Origin: Veleropilina oligotropha
Taxonomy: Eukaryota
NCBI GenBank assembly: GCA_048128005.1
Contig: JBEUKZ010000019.1
Coordinates: 186,001 to 250,000, forward strand
Reading direction: 5' to 3'
Length of the DNA stretch: 64,000 nucleotides
Shown: in pieces, positions 23,001-35,000 of the stretch
Numbering within the stretch: position 1 is the stretch's first letter
Layout of the letters: the number at the start of each line of letters is the position of its first letter
The notes under the pieces: model-generated
What the model was told of the DNA's origin: nothing
Databases searched by the model: none
What the model saw: the letters and a program-made list of their open reading frames with translations, nothing else
Translations under genes and position numbers: made by a program

Positions 23001-26000
23001 GAATTTTCCGAATTTTTTTCGTGGTAAACCTTCCTTGGGGGACCCCGATTAACCCCCCAAAGTTTGAAGGTCCTAGGTCAAAGCGTCTGGGAGGAGTTCA
23101 ACTTGAAACAGACAGACAGACAGACCCGCATACAATTATAGCTCCATTATATTAAGATTATATTAAAAATGATAGTAAATTTTTTTTTTTTTCGCGAATT
23201 TTCCGAATTTTTTTCGTGGTAAACCTTCCTTGGGGGACCCCGATTAACCCCCCAAAGTTTGAAGGTCCTAGGTCAAAGCGTCTGGGAGGAGTTCAACTTG
23301 AAACAGACAGACAGACAGACCCGCATACAATTATAGCTCCATTATATTAAGATTATTATGCATGTTCGTTATGATGAGTACATGCCGCCTAAAGATTTTC
23401 GTCGTTTTCGGATCCAAGATGGCCGCCGTGGTTGCCATTTTATTTGTCGAGATTTCTTGTGCGCGCTCTACAGTGAAAAGTTATTATCCGATTTGATTCA
23501 TATTTGGTATGCACTTTAGTCGTGATGAGAACATGCAGCCTAAATATTTTAGGATCCAAGATGGCTGCCAAGGCGGCCATTTGCTAGTTATTATATGTCA
23601 TCTAGTGGTAAAATAATCTGCTGGTTGGCCTCGAACACGGGCCCTCCTGACAGTCTCCAATGAGTGTTCGATGAGCTAACCCCTCACCCGCTAATGCAGC
23701 GTTATATAAAGAAAGAGAACCTTATATTCACAGTGACCGTCATTGGTTTGAGTACCTGTGTAGTGCTGAAGCAGCTTGTTCATCCGGATGTCCCACACCT
23801 TCAGGGTGCTGTCGGTGCCGGCAGATCCGATACACGTGCCATTAGGATGAAAAGCCACGTCATTCACAAAACTGAAAAGGAAATAGTAGAGCAGGTTTAT
23901 TTATGATCCAATCTGGATATTGGAAAAAAGAAAACAGCACAAAATTGTTTTAGAAATAACATACTAGTAATAAAAAGAAATGAATAAATGTATGAAGAAA
24001 ATATCGATATTGTCTTATTGGGCAAGTTTGAAATATGCTGTTTTATGATCCAATAATTATCGATGAAATGCAAAGATATTCATGTGTAACACCATACTTG
24101 AGGTATTTTTCAAAATCTGATACTGTGTAATGCGGGTGGGATTGTCTCCTCTAGTACTGTGTAATGCGGGTGGAAATGTCTCCTCTAGTACTGTTAAAAG
24201 GAGAACACAATGTTTGACTATTTACAAAATACTTTCATAGTACAAATGTTAATGAAATCATTTGTCTAACCTATAGAATAAGCGTGTTCACTCAACAGGA
24301 GTCTCTCTTCCCACGTGTAACGTGTTCATTGCATGATTACACTTACCCTCCGTGCTCAAAGAATGTGTGCACACACTGTCGGCTCTGGCTGTCCCAGAGC
24401 TTCACCGTCTTATCATCACTGCCTGATACGATTAGTCGACCATCAGGGGAAAATCTGAAACAAACAAAAGTAAAATAATGTAGTTGGTTCAAGTTGTTAT
24501 AAATTATATATGTAATCTGGCTATAGATTTGTCAGATAGAGTTAATTGATACTGTCTACTAGTCTACTCACTTTGCACAGCGAACCCAGTTCATGTGTTG
24601 GCTAAGGGAAAATAGAAACTTCTGCCTATGGACCGTCCACAACTGAGAAGAAAAAAAGAATTCAGTGCAATTGTTTCATGGGTCAGCATAGATTCTAATT
24701 TTCTTGTTTGAAACATTACAATTTTGTTTGACTAACTGTTGGACACTACTAAAAAAAGTGACAAATTTTAACTTTACAGCGTGATGCTCAATTATTGTCA
24801 CAAGTTGGGTATTGATAAGTTATAGGAAAAAACGACTTATTTTTTTATTTCTGGTCATTGGTAACCATTGTAACGACGACCATCTTGGATTATGGGGAAA
24901 ATGTACATGTATTCTTAAAAATCTATCGTTTGGTAACTGCTTCTTCAATCACCCTGAAATTGTTTATATATAACTGAATATGTTGTCTCTGCGCAGGAGA
25001 ATAATAGGAAGTCAAAGTAATTGTTTATATACAACTGAATATGTTTTTGTGATGGTGGAGGGAATGAGACTATTAAAAATGTGCTTTCTGCAATATTTTT
25101 TTAGATATGATTTAAAAAAATGTAATTTCCAGAAATAACCATAATTGTGATCTAAAATATGGATAATAAGGATAAAGTCATTTTTGTGGTGTTTTTTTCC
25201 CTTTCAATACATCATACAATCACGATTAAAAATCAAGGAAAATACATACACATTCATATGATAGATTTTCTATTAGAATACATGTACATTTCCCAAAATC
25301 CCAAGATGGTCGCCGTTACCATGGTTACCAATGACCGGAAATAAAAAATAATTCATTTTTTCCTATAACTTATCAATACACAACTTATGACAATAAATGA
25401 GCTTCATGCTATAAATTTTAAATTTGTCACTTTTTGGGGTCGTGTCCAACATTATACAAAGTATAATTGAAGTCCTGCTAGAGATACAATAGCAACATGA
25501 AATCGACTAAATATGGACTATAACTATAAAGCTATTACAACATTATCTCAATCGAAAAAGTATTTTCGTCTATATGATATAATGGAACAACATCTATCTT
25601 TTAAACTTCTATATACATGCAAATTATGCGTCATAATTACAGATCGGACATCAACTCTTTACCTTGACCGTTTTGTCATCAGACGCTGTACATAGGGTCT
25701 GACCATCGCTGGAGAAGTCGACACTTCTAACCGTAGCAGTGTGAGCTTTAAATACAGTTGACTCGCCCTTCCTATGTGAAAAAATAAATGTATGATTAAA
25801 TACTTGTCTGCATATATAGATCACAAATATTTGTTAATAACTTATTTTTAATTACATTTTATTATATAAACAAGAAAATATGCAATTGCAAAACCTTGTC
25901 TTGTTTTCTACCACGATAAAATGTTAAAACGAACGACGCGTTCGGATTATATCTTGACCTTTGTCTGCTTGGACCGTTTGTTGTATATTAAATATGACTA

Positions 26001-29000
26001 TACAATCTAACGTATTGATACGATTTATTTACTTCTAACTCATAATTTTCTGACAGATGACAATTTAATTATATGACGTCACTAATTATGACGTCATAAT
26101 TGAGTCACACTAATTAAGACGTCATAATTGAGTCACACTAATAATGACATCATAACTTGGCATAGGCCAAGTTACCATAGCAATTATGCATAAAAAAGCC
26201 TATAAAACCAATATTTTGTGATGAAAGTATATACACGACCTACAACTAGTCGTGGGAATATATATACCAATTTTGGTAAAAATGGTCCGGTAGTTTTCAA
26301 ATAAATCGACGGATATATATATATATATGTATATATATATATGTATATACACACGGACCATTTGATAATGTCGTCCTTTTTTACAAAAAGGTCAAGACAT
26401 AAAAATGACAACTGGTTATGTGATTACAATCAGGGCTCGATTTAGCATTTTAAATCCAGGAGCCCATGGGGCTCCTAGCATTTCAAATCTAGGAGCCCAC
26501 ACTAATTTTCAGGAGCCCTTCTATTATGCTCGTGCTATTTCTACAACATTCAGTTCATCTCCCATAAAAGATACGAAAGGAACTCACTATGGATTCCACG
26601 AAATATCTCAAAACAAATGTTATAATCATTATAGACTTCTTTCTTGACTCTGTTTATCAGTCTTTTATGTTGAGAATTTGTAATAATAAGAGAATATCAT
26701 GTTTATTACATATTCAGATTCATCTAAATCCTATGAAGTGCTTACAAATTTATAGGAGCCAGAAGGACTACCTCACAATATAATCTAGGAGCCCCATGTC
26801 ATTTGATTTCTAGTAGCCTGGGGCTCCAGGACTACCATATAAATCGAGCCCTGTTACAATCTCAAACAATTTAAGCACACTTACACGCTTGGTATCCAAA
26901 GGCGCACTGTCTTGTCTCGAGATGCAGATGCCACCAAATGACCGGAGGGGGAGAACTGGACAGACATCACTGCATCCTGAAATACACACAATTCAATACA
27001 GATGCCACTAAATGACCGGAGGGGGAGAACTGGACAGACATCACTGCATCCTGAAATACACACAATTCAATACAGATGCCACTAAATGACCGGAGGGGGA
27101 GAACTGGACAGACATCACTGCATCCTGAAATACACACAATTCAATACAGATGCCACTAAATGACCGGAGGGGGAGAACTGGACAGACATCACTGCATCCT
27201 GAAATACACACAATTCAATACAGATGCCACTAAATGACCGGAGGGGGAGAACTGGACAGACATCACTGCATCCTGAAATACACACAATTCAATACAGATG
27301 CCACTAAATGACCGGAGGGGGAGAACTGGACAGACATCACTGCATCCTGAAATACACACAATTCAATACAGATGCCACTAAATGACCGGAGGGGGAGAAC
27401 TGGACAGACATCACTGCATCCTGAAATACACACAATTCAATACAGATGCCACTAAATGACCGGAGGGGGAGAACTGGACAGACATCACTGCATCCTGAAA
27501 TACACACAATTCAATACAGATGCCACTAAATGACCGGAGGGGGAGAACTGGACAGACATCACTGCATCCTGAAATACACACAATTCAATACAGATGCCAC
27601 TAAATGACCGGAGGGGGAGAACTGGACGGACATCACTGCATCCTGAAATACACACAATTCAATACAGATGCCACTAAATGACCGGAGGGGGAGAACTGGA
27701 CAGACATCACTGCATCCTGAAATACACACAATTCAATACAGATGCCACTAAATGACCGGAGGGGGAGAACTGGACAGACATCACTGCATCCTGAAATACA
27801 CACAATTCAATACAGATGCCACTAAATGACCGGAGGGGGAGAACTGGACAGACATCACTGCATCCTGAAATACACACAATTCAATACAGATGCCACTAAA
27901 TGACCGGAGGGGGAGAACTGGACAGACATCACTGCATCCTGAAATACACACAATTCAATACAGATGCCACTAAATGACCGGAGGGGGAGAACTGGACAGA
28001 CATCACTGCATCCTGAAATACACACAATTCAATACAGATGCCACTAAATGACCGGAGGGGGAGAACTGGACAGACATCACTGCATCCTGAAATACACACA
28101 ATTCAATACAGATGCCACTAAATGACCGGAGGGGGAGAACTGGACAGACATCACTGCATCCTGAAATACACACAATTCAATACAGATGCCACTAAATGAC
28201 CGGAGGGGGAGAACTGGACAGACATCACTGCATCCTGAAATACACACAATTCAATACAGATGCCACTAAATGACCGGAGGGGGAGAACTGGACAGACATC
28301 ACTGCATCCTGAAATACACACAATTCAATACAGATGCCACTAAATGACCGGAGGGGGAGAACTGGACAGACATCACTGCATCCTGAAATACACACAATTC
28401 AATACAGATGCCACTAAATGACCGGAGGGGGAGAACTGGACAGACATCACTGCATCCTGAAATACACACAATTCAATACAGATGCCACTAAATGACCGGA
28501 GGGGGAGAACTGGACGGACATCACTGCATCCTGAAATACACACAATTCAATACAGATGCCACTAAATGACCGGAGGGGGAGAACTGGACAGACATCACTG
28601 CATCCTGAAATACACACAATTCAATACAGATGCCACTAAATGACCGGAGGGGGAGAACTGGACAGACATCACTGCATCCTGAAATACACACAATTCAATA
28701 CAGATGCCACTAAATGACCGGAGGGGGAGAACTGGACAGACATCACTGCATCCTGAAATACACACAATTCAATACAGATGCCACTAAATGACCGGAGGGG
28801 GAGAACTGGACAGACATCACTGCATCCTGAAATACACACAATTCAATACAGATGCCACTAAATGACCGGAGGGGGAGAACTGGACAGACATCACTGCATC
28901 CTGAAATACACACAATTCAATACAGATGCCACTAAATGACCGGAGGGGGAGAACTGGACGGACATCACTGCATCCTGAAATACACACAATTCAATACAGA

Positions 29001-32000
29001 TGCCACTAAATGACCGGAGGGGGAGAACTGGACGGACATCACTGCATCCTGAAATACACACAATGAGATGCAGATGCCACTAAATGACCGGAGGGGGAGA
29101 ACTGGACGGACATCACTGCATCCTGAAATACACACAATTCAATACAGATGCCACTAAATGACCGGAGGGGGAGAACTGGACAGACATCACTGCATCCTGA
29201 AATACACACAATTCAATACAGATGCCACTAAATGACCGGAGGGGGAGAACTGGACAGACATCACTGCATCCTGAAATACACACAATGAGATGCAGATGCC
29301 ACTAAATGACCGGAGGGGGAGAACTGGACGGACATCACTGCATCCTGAAATACACACAATTCAATACAGATGCCACTAAATGACCGGAGGGGGAGAACTG
29401 GACAGACATCACTGCATCCTGAAATACACACAATTCAATACAGATGCCACTAAATGACCGGAGGGGGAGAACTGGACAGACATCACTGCATCCTGAAATA
29501 CACACAATTCAATACAGATGCCACTAAATGACCGGAGGGGGAGAACTGGACAGACATCACTGCATCCTGAAATACACACAATTCAATACAGATGCCACTA
29601 AATGACCGGAGGGGGAGAACTGGACAGACATCACTGCATCCTGAAATACACACAATTCAATACAGATGCCACTAAATGACCGGAGGGGGAGAACTGGACA
29701 GACATCACTGCATCCTGAAATACACACAATTCAATACAGATGCCACTAAATGACCGGAGGGGGAGAACTGGACAGACATCACTGCATCCTGAAATACACA
29801 CAATTCAATACAGATGCCACTAAATGACCGGAGGGGGAGAACTGGACAGACATCACTGCATCCTGAAATACACACAATTCAATACAGATGCCACTAAATG
29901 ACCGGAGGGGGAGAACTGGACAGACATCACTGCATCCTGAAATACACACAATTCAATACAGATGCCACTAAATGACCGGAGGGGGAGAACTGGACAGACA
30001 TCACTGCATCCTGAAATACACACAATTCAATACAGATGCCACTAAATGACCGGAGGGGGAGAACTGGACAGACATCACTGCATCCTGAAATACACACAAT
30101 TCAATACAGATGCCACTAAATGACCGGAGGGGGAGAACTGGACAGACATCACTGCATCCTGAAATACACACAATTCAATACAGATGCCACTAAATGACCG
30201 GAGGGGGAGAACTGGACAGACATCACTGCATCCTGAAATACACACAATTCAATACAGATGCCACTAAATGACCGGAGGGGGAGAACTGGACAGACATCAC
30301 TGCATCCTGAAATACACACAATTCAATACAGATGCCACTAAATGACCGGAGGGGGAGAACTGGACAGACATCACTGCATCCTGAAATACCCACAATTCAA
30401 TACAATTATTTCAACTAAAGTTTGAAACTTATAGTTGACAAATTTCTAAATCAACCATACAGTTGTACATGTATAATACAAAACATTGTTTTCAAATAAA
30501 TCAAGACGTCACATTATGTTATTATATTGTATTTGTATACATTCATAACACTAATTTGTTAACAGAAATGATCACATAATGGCTCATGTAACATTCAAAC
30601 AATATTAAAGAGACTATTGCCCGTAAATGCGCTCTTTCGCACGAGTTGTCCTGACACCATCTATCGCCCGGTTCACGCAGATTGATACAAATTTCACGAA
30701 GATATGCTCGATATATGATCAAATGATAGACTTTTATTTAAATTATTATTGTAACTGGGCAATATATGTTATTGTCAAGTAGAAAGCTATCTTACTTGAT
30801 GAGCAGAAACCAACGCAACTGTGCTCCAACTAGGTCAATTGGAAATGCACTCGGTGCGAGGTAATTAAATGCGGAACGCGTTTTATTATTTTTAAATATT
30901 CAGTAGCGATTAATTTAAACGGTAGCAAATTACTGACAAAAGTTGAGTGTACAAAAAGTGTAATGCTGTTAGTTTTCTTTTTAAAAAAGAGCACATTTAC
31001 GGGCAATAGTCTCTTTAAGCAACACAACATCATTTTACTATAAACTTAGATTGAAAGCAGTTGATGACATTTTAATAAACATGGAATATGCTAACATCAC
31101 CAAAAAAGCATGACATTTACTAGCATCTAGAAACAGTTTTAATGAAGAAACAACTTTGATTCTACACTCCAGCATATTACCACTGCAGTATGCAACAAAA
31201 CAATGAACGTATCCTAACAGTTTTAAATCCAATCGCTACCTTGTGCCCCACAAATCTGTATGCCCTCATTTGTGGTTTGAAGTTCCAGACCATGAGGCAG
31301 GAATCCATTGCACCCGAAGCTGATACAGAAAAAGACGGAGTAATATTAAAACAGGCATACAACAATACGATGCTCTCATCGCTAACTATATATTAAGTAG
31401 ACCATACTTTGTTAATTTGATTGCCAATATTTCATCTAAATAAAATTTGCTCTACTTTGCTTAGTACTGTAGGATATATTCAATATATTCCTAGGTAATA
31501 AATTTGCACTTTGCAAGTTGCCAACATGTCAGTGTCTTTATTTCGATGCTTAAAATATGATGTTGGTTATTTGACACAAAAAAATATTACGGCCTAGATC
31601 AAAAATTTTGGAGTTGATACAATAAAATGAAAATTAACGATAAAAGTAAATGTCAAAAAAGATACTACTATTGACACTGGCGGAAGCTCCTAAGTATTTG
31701 CCCTGACCGGTTTCGACCAACACTTATGGTCTCATCAGAGGGAAGTCTGAGATCTGAGTTTGAGATGCCTTATATACCGTCAGTAGCACTGGCTGAGGCA
31801 TTGACATTTGTTCAAGTTATGAATCACAGTTGTCCGCGACTGGCCGAAGAGGGCGAGTTTACCCTGGCGACCGGAGTTTCCTCCCGCGATAACACGGACA
31901 TGTCCTGCAGCAGCAGGGGGGGTGACCATACCTTTTATGTGGGGGCGCGGCGAGAGAAATTAAGGCTCCCACCACCTTTTCAGAATTAATATGGATCTCA

Positions 32001-35000
32001 ACTCAGCAGCAGGGAGGGTGATTGGACTTTTTAGAATGGGAAAATACGGCTCCCAGCACCCGTTCCGAGCTAGGGTAGCTTAGAGTAGGGATGAATGCAC
32101 CCCTGGTTGCCTAGTTACGTCGCTCAAACTATAATATTTATTATTTTTTTCCATTAGCATCACCCCAAAATGACACAACCCGGTAATCGAAAAGAGCCGC
32201 CATCTTGTAAAATATTTTGACCCAACTATTTAATTTTTGCCGACAATTCTACACATTCGCAGGCACACATTGTGGCATCGAGAAATCCAAAAAAATCTCA
32301 ACTTGAAAACACATCTAAATAATGGTGTAGGGGAGATAACTTCGCTATAACTTTCTTGATATACACTTCCGGAGTTCGCTTTTATCCGTTTCGCCTGTTA
32401 ATATTGGGAGCTAAGGATCGTGCGATAACTCAAACGTTGCACCGTTCATTTCTCGCCCAGGAGCCGTCGACCGTTCTGGAAGATGTTACAAACTCGTCAA
32501 TCGGTCGTCATTTCCCCTAGCCCACTACCGTTTGCGAATTTTTACTTTTTCCACTAACTTCCGGGTTTCGCTTTTAGGTGTTTCGCCTGTTAATATTGGA
32601 AGCTAAGGATCGTGCGATAGATCCAAAATTGCGTCGTTCATTTCTCGCCCGGGAACCGTCGACCGTTTGGAAAAACATTACAAACTGTTCAATCGGTAGC
32701 CATTTCCGCTAGCCCACCACCCTATTGTTGTCGACTGAAATACATTGCCTCAGTATCAAATGAAGAGTTGACTGGATAATGTGGCAACATTATAATCAAG
32801 GGACAGTTAACTAATTAATGATTCAGGATTTAGTTGGCTTTACAATATCCACACAGTGTTGTAGGTTTCATTTTAATCAACGTAGTCTATGTTGAGAGTT
32901 GTCGTGATTTAATATCCACGACATAATCGACGAGACACCATCTCTCTTGCCTGGCATGGGAACCAGACTATATAAGAAATGTCTCGCTTTACTATTTATG
33001 AGGCCCACGACGCAGATGCCACACACTCTCCTCAGCATGCTTTCGAGTTCTTCGAATTCTGAGGAGGCTGGCCACGTGGCAGAAAATGCGTCGTGGAGGG
33101 TCGTGAAGATGGTGGCGCCACCATAGGCCAAGAGAAGGTCGTGAAGACATCCCAGGCTACGGCTGAAATACAAGGGGGCTTCAAGAGGGTGGCCGAGAGA
33201 GCCCCCGGGGCCAAGAGAGGGTCGTGAAGACATGGGCTTCAAGAGGGTGGCCGAGAGAGCCCCCGGGCCAAGAGAGAGTCATGAGGACACCCCAGGCTAC
33301 GGCTGAAATACAAGGGGTCGTTAAGAGGGTGGTCGAGAGAGGCCCCGGGGCCAAGAGAGGGTCGTGAGGGGGGTGGCCCCGGGGGTGGGTGGCCCGGGGG
33401 CGGCCCGGGGGTGGGTGGCCCGGGGGTGGCCGAGGGTGGCCCGGGGGTGGGTGGCCCGGGGGTGGCCCGGGGGTGGGTGGCCGCGGGTGGCCCGGGGGTG
33501 GCCGAGGGCGGCCCGGGGGTGGGTGGCCCGGGGGTGGCCGAGGGTGGCCCGGGGGTGGGTGGCCCGGGGGTGGGTGGCCCGGGGGTGGCCGAGGGTGGGT
33601 GGCCCGGGGGTGGTTGGCCCGGGGGTGGGTGGCCCGGGGTTGTTGGCCGAGAGAGGCCCGGGGGTGGTTGGCCGCGGCCAGGGGGTGGGTGGCCGAGGGG
33701 TGGCCCGGGGGCGGTTGGCCGAGAGAGGCCCCGGAAGCCTGAAAAATATGTTTCAAGGCAGGGATTCCCCGAGATCGCAGCTATTTATATAAATATGTAG
33801 TTACCGCTTGCTAGTGTACAGTTGCAGGGCGAGTGTTGTCCTATCTGACTCCATGAACCCATGCACCCTGTCGATAGCATTGAGTAGTAATGCCCATGTT
33901 TACCACGGCATAAGGATGGCTCAGCGCACTCGATGCAGACCACAGTATTTGGGTCAGGATGAGCCCCCCCCACCCCACACTCATTCTCTCCGATAATAAA
34001 ATAGTGGCACGAGGGTGGGGAGACATCAGGGGTGGGGTCTCTATCCGGGCGTAGTAGCAGGTTTCTTCGCAGGGGGTCAAATCGGGCGTTATACCTGGGA
34101 TGATTTCGGTACCTAGCCCACGTATGTTCCAGAATTAATGCAGTGTCGTGTCTCGACGCCTGGGTAGAAACACCCCCTAGCCAGCACACCGCGGCAATGC
34201 ACAGAATTAGTATGGATTTCATGGTTGTCCAGATATCACTGTCGATTTCTACCTTTAATACGGGGGAGGAGGGGGGTAGTCGTGGCTACGCTCAACCTGG
34301 ATAGTTAGTCGCCAGCTCCGATTTTTTTCAGCAGCTCTGCGCGACCCTCTAAACGACCTCGCTCAATAAGCTCGCTTTGGGTCTGTGAAATCGCGGTGTG
34401 CGCCTTCCTACTCTTATCCCGGATTGATGCCTTCATGGCTTGGTATTTCTCCATCTCCCCTGTGACCAGTTGGAATTCATCATCAGACATCACCCCGTCC
34501 GATAATGCCTTTGAGACGTGGTCGGTTATGGTATTCAGCTTGCTGTCGGCCAGGACTCGAATCTCGTCGTGTTTCTTAGCCTTCACCCCGAGGCGCCGGC
34601 TGATATACTTTCCACCCATACTAGCGAGCCCACACCCTAATGCCGCTAGTTCCAGCACTAGGACGACCGGGGCGGCTACAATTGTGGACAGTAGACCAAT
34701 TCCAGCGCTACCCATACCAAGTGTGGCGACGACTAGCCCGTTATCTATCCCGTCAACGACGTTAACACCTCGTCGGTACTTTTTATATAGTGCAGCCCGG
34801 GCATCCCGTTCTCGCTCTAGCTGTCCCTGAAGCTCATTCACTTTCTGTAGTCGGAAAGACTGTGCCTCATGCAGTTCCGAAGGCACATCGCCACCAAGCT
34901 GTGGGTACAGCGTTGGCGCTGAGGGCTTGTTGTTCATTGTTCGTGGCTGTATTGTTCAGCCTGTTGATTCCGAATGTCTACCGTTACGGAAACGTTCAAA

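Noticed and set aside
26925..30402. Possible CRISPR-like array
   Set aside because: Units are contiguous and near-identical with no unique spacers; the context is eukaryotic and the unit derives from a POC1 exon boundary.
31903..31908. 6-bp TSD TCCTGC, or sequence-specific targeting because CCTGC resembles the element end
   Set aside because: The terminal T belongs to the TIR (copy 1 also ends GCTGCT), and the copy-1 flank TCATT does not resemble the end.
33181..33800. Pro-rich and Gly-rich ORFs in several frames (PPPGHP, GGPGV repeats)
   Set aside because: They are by-products of a stop-free G-rich repeat, mostly have non-ATG starts and are absent from copy 1.
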